Of a DNA stretch of 64,000 bases, positions 1-13,169 are shown one piece after another. The notes beneath the pieces were generated by a model, which saw nothing but the letters and a program-made list of their open reading frames with translations, did not search any database and was not told the DNA's origin. The stretch covers positions 34,658,001-34,722,000 of the forward strand of contig NC_043000.1 of the NCBI RefSeq assembly GCF_006345805.1. Reading direction: 5' to 3'. The DNA is from Octopus sinensis. Lineage: Eukaryota. A program made the position numbers and the translations under genes. How positions within the stretch are numbered: position 1 is the first letter of the stretch; the number at the start of each line of letters is the position of its first letter.

Positions 1-331
1 TCATCATCATCATCGTTACCATCATCATCATCAGCAAAAATAACAACAATTAAAACAATAATTACATCAAATAACAAAAACGACAATAATAATAAAGAAA
101 GCAATATTAAGAACAACAATGACTCGGTAGAGCGGAGTGGTGGTAGGAGGAGTGAGAGGACAACAAAAACATGAAAAATTAAAGACAATATCAGCAACAA
201 CAACAACAACAATTCAGAACAAAAAATCCAGAACTGTTTAAATTTATACAAAATAATCTCAGCTCAACCTCCTTCCACACCTCACATATAATTCCTCCTC
301 CTCCTCCTGTCACCAATCTCTCTCTCTCTCC

Positions 332-363
<32 letters not shown>

Positions 364-404
364 ACAATCTCCATTAAAGCTAGGGTCTGCAGAAGTGTAT
401 GGTT

Positions 405-506
405 AGGGGATGTGTGTGTGTGCGTAAGGGGGGATTTCACTTGGGTACAAGAGTCGATGCTGTATGTGTGTGTGTGTTGTGTGTGTGTGTGTATACATGT
501 GCATGC

Positions 507-538
<32 letters not shown>

Positions 539-580
539 ATACATGTGCATGCGTGTATATGTGTGTGTGTGTGTGTGTGT
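405..580. repeat. (TG)n-rich microsatellite with a short internal duplication
   Basis: Long GT runs; the motif atacatgtgcatgcgtgtatatg occurs twice, at about 493 and 539. Confidence 0.9.
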
Positions 581-2319
581 GGGATGGACAAATATGGCGA
601 TGTTTTGTGTCTAAACAACAGCAGGAAAGTTGGGCAAAAGCAAAACAAACATTTGTGTCTTCATCAGTCCACCACCACCCCCACCCCACCCCATTATCCA
701 CCCTAGTTTTGTTTGGTTTCTACACTTTGTTTTCTTTTGGTGCAGAGGTGGTGTGGATGGGTGGGTGGGGGTGGGTGGGGAGTAGGTTTTGTTTGTTTGT
801 TTTTTTTTGTTCTTCTTTTTTGGCTAACATGGCAGCTTGAACTAAAGACAACAGAAGACTTGACAGGGGTGGTGGTGGTGGTGGGGACAGAACACTGGGG
901 GAATTGTGACATAGGAAGTAACGATGATGATGATGATGATGATGATGATGATAATGATGATGATATTAATGATAATAACTGTACAGATGATCATATGATG
1001 CTGTTGCTGATGATGGTGGTGATGTTCATATATATGATTGTATGTTGATGATGATGATAACAACTGAAACAACAAAAGCAAAGAAAAAAAAAGAATGTGG
1101 ACTTCATCTTAACACTCACTTTTTAAGGACCCACCCCACCCCACCCCATATAGTAAATATAACATACACATAGGTTGCTATGTGTACACACATACATACA
1201 CACACACAGGTGAAATAAACATCAGAGATACTTAGCCCCATGCAGAAACTGCAGGAGCTACTCAGAGGTTTTGCAAACTCTTCTAAATTCATTGCAATGC
1301 TGGAAATTCTTCCATATTGATAGCAGCTATCTCAGTGTTACAAGCGTTTTGCCCTTTAGCCTGTATGCTTCACCTGAGTGGGGCATTGAGGACGACTGAG
1401 CTAGCCTTCACCTACAGACCATTTCAACTCACCATCTCTAATCAACAATAGCCATCTTGAGCTGTCATGTCTATTTCCTTCATGCCTTTCTTCAGTTGTC
1501 CAGTTTCTAGGAATATCTTCTGCAGGAAATAATACCATGATCTACATGGAAAACCATGGCAACCAACTTCAATTGGGAATATATAACATAAATGTCAATT
1601 TCAATGTCTAAATTTCCAGATCCTTCAATCAACTGGATGGTCCTTTGTTACTGAACAAAGAGCTAATTGGTTGAGGACTCCGAAGACCCATGGACCTCTT
1701 AATGTAATTCTCAAACAGAACCAACGCAACGCTGACAAACTACAGTCCATAGGATGGCTTGCTACACAGTTTCTATTTATCCAAACTTGTAGACAAAGCT
1801 TGGGCCAACCTGAGCTTATGATAAAGGTACTTACCCAAGATGTAATGCAGTGAGATTGAACCTGGGATCTCATGATTGCAAAGGGAACTTCTTAAACATT
1901 CAGCCATGTTTGCATTCATATCCTCATCACTGTTATCGTCATTGTTGTCATAATATTAACTTCTGTCTCCCAAGCTCGCATACATACGTCAGATAAAACT
2001 TGTTGAGGCAGATTTTTCTACAATCTATTGACAAATATACAAGTGACTGTTCTTTCTCACTTATACACAACTACATATGTATTGCATGAATGTAATGTAA
2101 TGTATTTTATTTAAATTGAGTCAGTCTCTTCTGACTCAAAATTTTGTCTGCTGGTGCACATAACCTTCAAGCAAGTTATGACTTGCCTTAACATCCTGTG
2201 TAGCCACAGATGAGACTCAGAGTAACGAGAGACTGTAATGAACAAAATAAAATATACCAATCACCTCTATAGTATTGAGTACTCATTTTTCCAAGAGTTA
2301 ACATTTAATACATGCATTG

Positions 2320-2617
2320 GGCCTCATGGAAGAAGACCCATTAAGCCAAGCAAAATTGCAGTTGTGGAAGATACCTGTGTCATGTAAATTGGCACCCGTG
2401 ACATGTAAATGCACCCCGGTGTCATGCAAATGGCACCTGTGCTGGTGGCGCGTAAAAACACCCATTACACTCTTGGAGTGGTTGGTGTTAGAAAGGGTAT
2501 TAAGCCATAGAAAATCATGTCAAATCAGACAGGAGTGTGGTGCAGCCTTCCAGTGTGCCAGCCCGGTCAAACCATCCTACCCATGTGTGCATGGACAACA
2601 GACATTAAATGATGATC
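2320..2617 (+). mobile_element. RTE-LINE-type 3' end (variant with ~20-bp internal repeats)
   Basis: Shared tail tggttggtgttagaaaggg...aaaccatcctacccatg...acattaaatgatgat; short cacctgtgtcatgtaaat repeats upstream. Confidence 0.7.
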
Positions 2618-2622
2618 ACACA

Positions 2623-3745
2623 CACAAGGGAAAATAAAAACTGCTTGCACTTTCGTCAAAACATTTTTATTTGGCTGGACTGCTTTCGGCACATGTATGC
2701 TACATGGTGGTTGTATAAGTAAGATTTGCCTTTGATCATTCCAGTTTCCTTTCACACTAAACAGAGTAAACATGGCCACTCTGTTGGCCATGTGCCCCAA
2801 GGAAGAACAGAGACCAGCGATCTGATTTCTCTGGTCTGAAAGTGTGTCAGGGGTCAGGGGCTGTAATTCATCGAATACTTTCGGTAAATATGAGGACAAT
2901 GCTCTACCATGCAGAAATGGGTATGAATGGATTGAGAGCTTTAAAAATGGCTGGATAAATGTGAAGCAAGAAGAGGAAACAGGACACCGATCAACTGCCT
3001 ACAAGGTCTAGAGATGATTCTGGCAAAGTGACAAGTGACAATTGATGAGATAGCATATTCTCTGCAAATTAGTAATGGCTCTGCATATGAAATCATCAAT
3101 GACAGGCTTTGCTTCTGTAAAGTTTGAGAGAGCTTACCGAAGCGCAAAAGTGCAACTGTGCAGAGATCTCAGTGCTTACTCAACCACTACAATGATGAAG
3201 GCAAAGCTTTTTAGGATAGAATAATCACAGGAGATGACATCTGGGTCCATCATTTTGAGACAGAATCCAAAAGAAAAACCATGTGGTAGAAATACCCTGA
3301 ATCACCAACGAAAAAGAAATTTAAAACTCAACCCTCTTCAGAAAAAGTGATACTAAGTAATCTTTTGGGATGCAAAAGGGCCCAAACAGGAACTTTAATT
3401 GAAAAAGGGGTCTAGCAACTCGTACCAAAAGCCAAGGTCTTATTGTCAAAGCAAGTGTTATTTTTGCACACCCACAAATGGCTACCCACAACATTGAAAC
3501 CATTGAAAAATTGGGTTTGGAATTGCTGGAACACTCTGCATAAAGATAAGATCTTGTCTCTGCCAACTTTCACTTCTTTGGGCAGCTCAGGAAGCAGTGC
3601 ATAAATGGAATGAGCAGGGTAGTGTACCACTGGAAGAAGTTCATCAAAAAACAATGATAAACAATGTAATTGTTCAACTTCTGTTTTTATATTAATAAAT
3701 CACAGAAACAAGAGTGTGTGTACTTTTTAAAAATTTACACTTGTA
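2623..3745 (+). mobile_element. Decayed Tc1/mariner element with transposase pseudogene
   Basis: ATG at 2772 reads MATLLAMCPKEEQRPAI*FLWSE; downstream frames give IITGDDIWVHHFETESK and FWDAKGP-like motifs; many stops and frameshifts; degenerate TIRs cacaagggaaaataaaaac (2623) and tactttttaaaaatttacacttgta (3721-3745). Confidence 0.85.
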
Positions 3746-3769
3746 TATATATATATAAATCAAAACCAA

Positions 3770-4005
3770 ATCAAATCAAATCAAATCACAATCAAATGGA
3801 AATTGTAGTTGTGGTTGATGCTAGTGCCGCCTGACTGGCTCCCATGCTGGTGGCATGCAATAAGCACCATGCATGTGGAGTCATTGCCAGTGCTGCCTGA
3901 CTGGGTCCCCGTGCCAGTGGCACATTAAAAGCACCATCCGAATGTAGTCGATGCCAGCGTCCCCACCCTGACTGGCTCCTGTGTCAGTAGAATGTAAAAA
4001 GCACC
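3770..4005 (+). repeat. About three units of the ~65-bp RTE 3'UTR minisatellite
   Basis: gccagtgc..cctgactggctccc.tgc..gtggca..taaaaagcaccat repeated after the aaatcaaatggaaattgtagttgtgg leader. Confidence 0.8.
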
Positions 4006-4228
4006 ATGATAAACATCATCATCGTTTTACATACTTGCATGGGTCAGATGGATTCATTGAGGGAGATATTTTACATTTCCTTATGGCCAGACATGTTTCA
4101 CAGAAGTTTGGAAATGAATGACACCCTGCTTAAGACAGTGACAATCGTTTACAACTATCACATGGTACAAAGGCAAAGAGGCACTGATATACACATACAC
4201 ACACACACACATGAAACATACATATATA

Positions 4229-4409
4229 TCGGTGGCACATAAAAAGCACCCACGACACTCACGGAGTGGTTGGCGTTAGGAAGGGCATCCAGCTGTAGAA
4301 ACACTTCCAGATCAGACTGGAGCCTGGTGCAGCCTCCTGGCTTCCCAGCCCCCGGTCAAACCATCGAACCCATTCCAGCATGGAAAACGGACGTTAAATG
4401 ATGATGATG

Positions 4410-4442
<33 letters not shown>

Positions 4443-4466
4443 AGATAGATAGATAGATAGACAGAC

Positions 4467-4515
<49 letters not shown>
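4229..4515 (+). mobile_element. RTE-type 3' tail grading into (GAT)n, (ATTG)n and (ATAG)n microsatellites
   Basis: Near-consensus tail gtggttggcgttaggaagggcatccagctgtagaaac...ggacgttaaatgatgat followed by tetranucleotide arrays. Confidence 0.85.
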
Positions 4516-4670
4516 CATACATACATACATATATGTACACACACAACACACAAGTTTCTTTCAGTTTCTTTGGTAGAAGACACTTTCCCAAGGTACCATG
4601 TAGTGGGACTCAAATCGGAACCATGTGATTAGGAAGCAGACTTCTAAACCATACCACCATGCTTGCTTGC

Positions 4671-4714
<44 letters not shown>

Positions 4715-5471
4715 AAATCCTTATTTGCTCTGTGTATTGTGAGATCTGGAGTGGTTATTCACATTTGTATTCTTAATGCTTCTAGGCAGGTTCAAACACA
4801 AAACATGCGAGTCGTTGTAGTGTACGTCATAAGAGAATAACTACACTCTTTTGCGATGACAGTATGTTCAACATACTTGACTCATTGGTGCATGGGATTC
4901 TGGGATATTAGTGTTACAACACGTGAGAAAATGTAATCAATATTTATGCTTTATATAATGTACACGTGTTTCAGGAAACCAGCAAAACACCAATTACATG
5001 AGCTTAAATGCCCAGTTACGTGGAAAATGCAGCTGGCCGTCCTCCTCAGTATTATTAGCCTAGCTCTCTGTCGGTTCTGATCAATGAAACAGCCAGCTTG
5101 TGAAATTAAGATGCAAGTGGCTGAGCACTCCGCAGCACATGTGCCCTTAACATAGCTCTCAGGGAGATTCAGCAGAACACATTGAATTTGACAAGACTGG
5201 CCCATTGAACTACATGGACAACTTGCTAGAAATGGGTGGGAGGAGTAGGGGCTTACATAGGGGCACATCCATACACACACACAAATATATTCTTTTCTAT
5301 TCTAGGCACAAGGCCCAAAATTTTTGGGGAGGGGGCCAGTCGATTAGATTGACCCAGGTATGAAAGGCAAAATCAACCTCGGCAGCATTTCGCCCAATGT
5401 CCTAATGATTCTGCCAGCTCGCCGCCTTACATACATTAATATATGCTCTCATATGTATAGTTGACACCAAT

Positions 5472-7480
5472 ATGAGAAAGCAGTTAAGGATATGAAAACA
5501 AGGAAGTCCCTTGATCCATCAGACATGACCACTGGGATGCTTAAAATATCTGGCAGAGTGGAATATGGTTTTGACACCCATATGGTTAATCAGATCATGC
5601 AAAAAGGTATCATACCCAATGAATGGCGTAGCAACATTAAAGATAACTTTTACAAGGATAAAGAAACCTTAGAGTGAAGTAATTACAGTGATATCAATTT
5701 GGCAAGTAAAGTGTGATCACAGCAGTAGCCTACACCAGTGTAGCATAACCAGCCCCTTTAAAATGTGCCTTTGAATTGTCAGGTGACATGCCATGCTTGA
5801 GGAGACCTATTGAGTCAAGTAAAATCAAAATCAAAAATCAAATCACAATCAAATAGAAATTGTAGTTGTGGCCGATGCCAGTGCTGGTGGCATGCAGTAA
5901 GCACCATTCATGCATGGGTCATTGCCAGTGCCACCTGACTGGCTCCCCGTGCCGGTGGTTAATGCCCCCCCCACCGCCCTGACTGGCTCCTATGCCAGTA
6001 GCATGTAAAAAGCACCATCCAAATGTGGCCGATGCCAGTGCTGCCTGACCGGCCTGAGTGCTGGTGGCACGTAAAAAGCACCCACTACACTCTTGGAGTG
6101 GTTGGCATTAGGAAGGGCATCAAGCTGTAGAAACATTGCCACATCAGATTGGAGCCTGGTGCTGCCTCCTGGCTTGCCAGTCCCCAGCAAAACCGTCCAA
6201 CCCATGCCAGCATGGAAAACAGACATTAAACGATGATGATGATGTTATAGTTTGACAAATTAGAGAAAGAGTTATATAAAATGCAGTTTGGTTTAGTGCC
6301 AGGGAGAGGTTCTACAAATGCTTTTTTTCTAGTAAGGCAACTATAAGAGAAACATTTAGCCAAATGTGCTGATGTTCTTGGAGACAGTTTTGACAGGGTC
6401 TGTTGCACCCTCATATGATGTTTGCTATGGAAGTTAGGAGTAGATAAATGGGTGGTTGGAGCCAGCCAAGTCAGTAAGGTGAGAGTTAGCAACAGCATAG
6501 CAACAGCTTTAGTGTGCAGGAAGGAATTCACCAGGATTTGGTTCTCAATCTCTTGAGAGTTTATCAGAGTCCCCTAGGACAGTGGTTCCTAAAGTGGGTG
6601 GTTTCACCCTCTTGGGGGCAGTGAAAAGAATAATTCTTTTTTTCCTACTCTAGGCACAAAGCCCGATAATTTTGGAGAGGGGGGGCAGTCAATTAGATCA
6701 ACCTCAGTATGCAACTGGTACTTAATTTGTTGACCCCAAAAGGATGAAAGTTGACCCTGGCGGAATTTGAACTCAGATGAAATACTGCTAAGCATTTTGC
6801 CCAGTGTGCTAACGTTTCTGCCAGCTTGCTGCCTTAAGAATAATGGGACGATAATGGGGTAGCCAAAAGGGGGCAATGGATGTAAAAATAACCCCGAAGT
6901 AATGGGTTAATTAGGTTGTTTTATTTGTGAAATAGTTGTTTTGAATTTGCTGCAGAAAGTGGTCTATGCTTGTGGTGATGAGTGGTGGTAGTGGGTGCTA
7001 GGAATGTGGACTGGAGGTTAAGGGGGCGGCAGCCTGAAAATGTTTGGAAACTACTGCTCAAGGCCATATCAAAGGAATTGACTGTGAGAGCTTCCCAGTA
7101 TGGATAACCTTGTTCTTATAGCTGAATTTGTATTGGAATTAGAAATGAAACTCCAAGTGTGGAAGCAAAACCTGAAATCCAAGGGCCTTGAAATTAACTT
7201 AGCAGAGATCAAAATTCCAGTAAGCAGGGAAACAAACAACTAATTCCTTCAGGAAAATGGCCCTGCTTGATATATAGAAATGGCTGTTGGCAGAAATTCC
7301 ATAGAGTGTAGCAAGTGCAGACTATGGCCTCAACAGTGGAATCACAGGAAACTTAACAAAGTAGATTTTATATATGGCAGATGCACAGGTGCAATAAACA
7401 GTAAGAGCACACTGGAAATAGAGATTTTCTTGAACACCCAGGAGGATCTTCAGATGCAGTAGATAGTTACAGGGAAATGA
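5472..7480 (+). mobile_element. Decayed RTE-clade LINE reverse-transcriptase region split by younger insertions
   Basis: 5472-5702 reads KAVKDMKTRKSLDPSDMTTGMLKISG...IIPNEW; 6245-6580 reads MQFGLVPGRGSTNAFFLVRQL*EKHLAK; 7060-7480 reads KLQVWKQNLKSKGLEINLAEIK and SGKWPC...GRNSIECSKC. Interrupted by an RTE 3' end (5700-6243) and a SINE (about 6630-6840). Confidence 0.85.
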
Positions 7481-8540
7481 ACACACCATCACCAGATGTA
7501 AAGCAGTGGTGGGGAACAAACACACACACATACAGTGGGCTTCTTTCAGTTTCCATCTACCAAAGTGACACGCAAGGCTTGGTCAGCTCAAAGCTATAGT
7601 AGAAGACACTAGTCCAAGGTTCCTACAGTGTGACTGAACCTGGAACCATGTGGTTGGGAAGCAAGCTTCTTACCATACAGTAAAGCCTGCGCTTAATATA
7701 TATGTGCGTGTGTGTGTGTGTGTGTGTGTAGACGTATATGTGTGTTTGAGAAAGGGGGAGAGAAAAACACAAATCTACATTTCTCTATTAGTTATATTTG
7801 TTATAACATCCTGGTGAAGGTGCCAACTATTAGGGATTAAATAAACATACACACACACACATTAAGTCTTACACTATTTCCTGTAACAAAAGTTTAAAAC
7901 TGAAAGCAGTGTCTATGCTAGGATCTACAGAAAGTGAACTTAATACAGTTTTAATACAGCCTTTTTAATAGTTCTCCTCCCATCGCCACCAAATGAAGTT
8001 TTAACAAATAAAATAACGAAGCAGAAGAAAATGTGTCTTGGCACTTAACAGGAACATTTTTCTTCTACAGCGAAATAATCTCCTTTAAAAATGAATTTCA
8101 TCTTTTTAAGTTTACAAAAGCCATTAGATCCAAATCCATATCCATGCTTTAACTTCTAGCCTGAGGTATACTCAACCTTTCAGTAAGGTACTGACATGCA
8201 CTTGCAGTGATATTTTCTTTTGTATAGAATAAACAAACCCAAAAAATAAATAAATACATGTAAAATTTCTCATCTCCCATCCACACCCATTTCTCTCTCT
8301 CTCTCTCTCGTTATACATAATTGGTTGTTAAATATCAAATTACTATATTTATACTCCATGTAAAATATACAGAGAAATAGTTTATTATCTTTACAGAAAA
8401 CAGCAATGTCTGTACTTGAAGTTCAATATCTGGTGTGTGGATTTTATGCAGTTTGAAGTCAAAAGACTTGGGATCAAACAGAGAACTGAAATGACTAACA
8501 TTGATCTTAAAACGTTAGAAAGAAAATTATAATGTGAGTT

Positions 8541-8968
8541 CCAGCTTGTGGCCAATGACAGTACCGCCTGATTGGTACCTGTGCCAGTGGAATGTTAAAA
8601 GTACCATTCGAGTGTGATTGTTGCCAGGGTTGCTGACTGGCTCCCGTGCCGGTGACACTTAAAAGAAGCACCATTTGAGCATGGTCATTGCCAGTGCTGC
8701 TAGACTGGCTCCTGTGCAAGTGGCACGTAAAAAGCACCATTTGAGCACAGCCGGTGCCAGGACTGCCCGACTGGCCCTCGTGCCGGTGGCACGTAAAAGC
8801 ACCCACTACACTCTAAGAGTGGTTGGTGTTAGGAAGGGCATCTAGCTGTAGAAACATTGCCAGATCAGATCGGAGACTGGTGCAGCCTTCTGGCTTGCCA
8901 GACCTCAGTCAAACCGTCCAGCCCATGCCAGCATGGAAAGCGGATGTTAAATGATGATGGTGATGATG
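8541..8968 (+). mobile_element. RTE 3' end with about four ~65-bp repeats
   Basis: Repeat units, then aagcacccactacactc...aggaagggcatc...gatgatggtgatgatg. Confidence 0.85.
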
Positions 8969-9789
8969 AGTATAAAACATTTTCATTTAAAATGTTGGTT
9001 TCAAATTTTGGAACAAGGCCTGCAACTTTAGGGGAGGGAACTAGTCAATTCATCAACCCCAGTTCTCAACTGGTACTTATTTTATCCACTCCCAGAAGGA
9101 TGAAAGGCAAAGTTGACCTCAGCAACATTTGAACAAAGAACATAGAAATGGAGAAAATGGCACTAAGCGCTTTGCCCAGCATGCTAACCATTCAGACAGC
9201 TTGCCACTTTATTTTCATTTAAAATATTTGATTTCTTGTTTTGATGCAAAAATAAAGTGAATTGAACTTGTGTCCATGATGTTACTGATATTTCAATAAT
9301 GTTGGATGGGAAGCAAAGTTGTATCACCATTTGCAGAAACTATGATATCACATTAACAGCAACAGCAACAATGGTTTGTAATTTATGCACAAGGCCAGCA
9401 ATTTTCAAAGAAAGAGATTAGTAAATTCCATCGAATTCAGTACTTGAATGGTCCTTTCTATTACTGACAAAGAAAGGGCAAAATGTGAAATTGACTTTGA
9501 TGGGCTTTGAACTTAGAATGTAAAGGGTTGGAACAAATATCATCAGAAATTTCTTCTGTACTCTAATGATGGTGCCAATCTCTGCCCCTAACAATTGTTT
9601 GTAAGATAGACAGGGGACCTGATATTTAGGGAAGGGGAATCGTTGATTATGTAGACTTCAGGATAAGAATGGTACTTTAGTTTACTGTCTCTGAAAGGAT
9701 TTGAACTCAGAATGTAAATAACTGGAAGAAATTCCAGAAGACACTTTAGCTAAAGCTCTAACACTTGTGTAATAAGAATAATAATGGAG

Positions 9790-10940
9790 TTTGTAGGTTG
9801 TGGATTAAAACATCGAGGAATGTACATGTGTAGCTTGGATGATGTCAAAGAAATGTTCCATGATGGATGAGAAAAGATACAAGAGTTATTTCAGAGAAAA
9901 AGGAATTAGATGAAGGCCATGTTTAGTAATGATACAAAAACAATGTGACAGGCTTTATAGATGATCAATTATAATGTTTTATGGTAGAAGTGTTACAACA
10001 ACAATTTGCTGAGACTCACAAACAATTGTCCAAGATGATTTATATTGAGAGAATTATACCTTGGAGGGTGATGGTGAAAGAGGTGAAACAGGGGGAGGAA
10101 AAAACAGGAAGAAGGACCTAGCAAATGGGAACGATCAACTCTAAAACATAGATGACTTGAATCTCCATTCATAGGCTTCAGACTGATTGAAAATGCTTGT
10201 CTTCTTCCATGACAGAAGACAAAAGAATATTGAGTCACAGATAAAGAAATTGACTTACGTATTAAGACTAATGATTAATTGACTAATGTATTAAGACAAA
10301 TGTGAAAATTCATCAATAAAAACAAAGCAAATCTCCTCAATAATTAATTAGAACAGAAGCTAAAACTTGACTGTGATAGTGAGAACATGGATTCTTGAAA
10401 GAATTCTGAGAAGACATATTGGGACAGAGCCATGTCTCAGTGACTGTGCCATGTGCCCCACTGCCCACTCTCACTCTCACTCTCTTTTTACTTGAAGAAT
10501 AAGTACTAGGCTTACAAAGAATAAGTCCTGGGGTCGATTTCCTCAACTAAAGGCGGTGCTCCAGCATGGCCACAGTCAAATTACTGAAACAAGTAAAAGA
10601 TTCTGTACAGATTGATACTGATATTGTTAGATATGATGGTAAAATAACAGAGTTGGAGCAAAAGAATGAGAAAGTATTGAAAAATATCAAGAAAAGTTGA
10701 AAGGAAAGAAGATAGGTTATTGAAAGGTCTCTGCTACTATAACAACACTGACAGCATTAAGATACTGGTTCAAGCACTGAAGGACCTTGAAATCGAGGTC
10801 CAGATAGTGGAGTTGAAGATGACTCTCATTTTCTGGTCGCTAAGAATTCTTCTGAAAGTTCCTGTAGAGCTGAGCAGAACTGTTGATGCTATATCTCAAA
10901 AAATTATTGTTGTCACTGTTGGTGATGACAACGATGATCC
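9790..10940 (+). mobile_element. Highly decayed R4/Dong-like non-LTR 3' region, interrupted by a SINE tail (about 10490-10600)
   Basis: 10620-10870 resembles the restriction-like endonuclease end (KITELEQK..EKYQEKL...LKDLEIEVQIVELK...LRILLKVP), similar to the cleaner copies at 19038-19340 and 42993-43198. Confidence 0.45.
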
Positions 10941-11136
10941 AAGAACATGGAGAAGATGAAATGGAAGGTTTTTAACGCTGATAACATTCTTAAATCAATT
11001 AACAACACAATTATACAATCAGTTTGTTGGTTCAATTAACATCACAACATTAAACAATAAATATTATTTTTTATAAATCTAAATCCGACCATGGACAGTT
11101 TCATCTTTCATATTTCCAGGTTGATAAAATGCTATA

Positions 11137-11385
11137 CTGGTTTAGGATGACTGTTGCCGTAATTTAGCCCCAGGAGATATTGTCTCCAGCTGGCTATACG
11201 ATATGATCTGCATCCTTATATTTTCGAACAAGGGAATCTAGCACCCCGACTCAGCTCAAAACAATATCTCTATATCGCGATTTCTGGGTTATTTCCCAGT
11301 GGGAGTGCTAGATTCCCTTGTTTGAAAATATAAGGACACAGATCATGTGGTATAGCCAGCTGGGGCTAAATTCATCCTAAACCAG
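11137..11385. repeat. Foldback (long inverted repeat) element
   Basis: ctggtttaggatga (11137) pairs with tcatcctaaaccag (11372-11385); cagctggctatac...aagggaatctagcac pairs with gtgctagattcccttg...gtatagccagctg; loop of about 55 nt. Confidence 0.85.
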
Positions 11386-11559
11386 GACTGCCTTGTTTTG
11401 TTGGCAAATAATCTTTACTCCAAAGTACTGTTGCTGAATATCTCTCGTTGTGAGATTTACAAATAGTAATTTTCTGGTCAAGTGTTGATTTAACTAACCC
11501 CACACCAGTGGTCACCAGTACAGCACAACATATATCTTTTTGCTCCTCTTTGTCTTCAA

Positions 11560-11800
11560 AACCAGGCAACCACTTGTATATACTCTGATCCAGTCAATCA
11601 AGCATACATCCTGCACTTACTAGCCACAGTAGTTGCCTCTAGCATAACAAAGCCCTCTCCCTTCAGTTTTTGACAAACAGAAGCACGTCACTTCTCCCCT
11701 TGATCTTTTTCTGGAAAAATTCATGGGGCAAAGAGACCCAAATGGTCTTTAATGTTCATTGCCCATTCCTCCTTGAACCAGCTTAAGTCAAGTCTTTCCT
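11560..11800 (-). mobile_element. Possible L1/Tx1-like ORF2 remnant
   Basis: Minus frame RASVCQKLKGEGFVMLEATTVASKCRMYA resembles the post-RT ...KGGLG... region; very degenerate. Confidence 0.3.
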
Positions 11801-12250
11801 ATTGCTCTACATCATCAGTGAACAATGGAAAGTTGGTGTTGTTGTTGGTATTGTCATTGCTGTTTTGTCCTCTTTTTTTTTTATTTAGTTATGGTTTCCA
11901 AATTTTACTTATTTATTTTTTGTTGTACTTGTAAGTGTCTTTGAAGCTCTGATAATATTTGGTTAATAATATATTTATTTGTGTGACTACTACTACCACT
12001 GCGTCAGCAGCTCTTCCAACAATTCCGGAAGCAGCAATCATGCAATGCAAAAGGAATTGTCAAAATGTGTAAACAGTTTAAAATCTGTGAAGGCAATGTT
12101 TTGCCTTTACTCTAAGGAATGAGGAAGACGTTGAAATATTCCAAACAACTTCAATAGAACTTCTCTTTCATAAATTAATCCTGGAAGAAAATATCTTCAA
12201 CATGGGGCTCACTGAAATCATGGTTGTTCAAAGCAAACCAGAACAACATC

Positions 12251-12285
<35 letters not shown>

Positions 12286-12454
12286 TAATAATAAATACAT
12301 ATGTTTTATTTATTTTTTTATTGATCATATGGGCCTATACATACAATACGTGTTTTACAAATGGGTTAAACATGTAGGGATGTATATATATATACACACA
12401 AACAGGTATTTCAATATGCAGGATACCAGGAAAACTTATATGTATGTATGTGTG

Positions 12455-12486
<32 letters not shown>

Positions 12487-13169
12487 CCTCATGGAAACAA
12501 TGACCGAGACTTGTGGCATTATGTCGTGCCTAAGAAGCCATCAAGCCGAGCAAAATCGCAATTGTGGCAGATACCGGTGTCATGCAAACTGGCACCTATA
12601 AGCACCCCAGTGTCAGGCACATGGACCTGTGCCAGCAGCATGTAAAAGCACCTATTACACTCTGCAGAGTGGTTGGTGTTATGAAAGGCATCCAGCCGTA
12701 GAAAACCATGCTAAATCAGACTGGAGTCTGGTGCAGCTTTCCAGCGTGTGAGCCCTGGTCAAACCATCAAACCCATGCCAGCAAGGACAATGGATGTTAA
12801 ATGATGGCAATGATGATGATCCAGGTGTGTGGCTTTGTGTCTGTGCTTGTCCTCCAAAATCACTTGATAAATGGTGTTGGTGTGTTTACATTCCTGCAAC
12901 TTAGCAGTTTGGCAAAAGTGACCAATAGCCAAGAGACCAGGCTGAAAAGGAAAGAAGCCCTGGAGTCGATTCGTTCAACTAAAATTCTTCAAGGTGGTGT
13001 CACAACATGACTGCTGTCTCATGAATGAAACAAATAAAAGATAAAAGATACTTGTAGCGTCACTCTGATGGTTTAAATAAATAATCCTCTCACTTTTATG
13101 GATTTTTAAGAAATGAAGTGGAAAACTAGCTTAGAAAGGCAGGGACACTACTCCCTGAGACCCCTTTTG

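Noticed and set aside
339-1081. Cluster of ORFs rich in His/Thr, Cys/Val or Asp
   Set aside because: These are translations of (CA)n, (TG)n and (GAT)n microsatellites. The same applies to most ORFs in the track, for example 21173-21788, 24036-24562 and 27337-27802.
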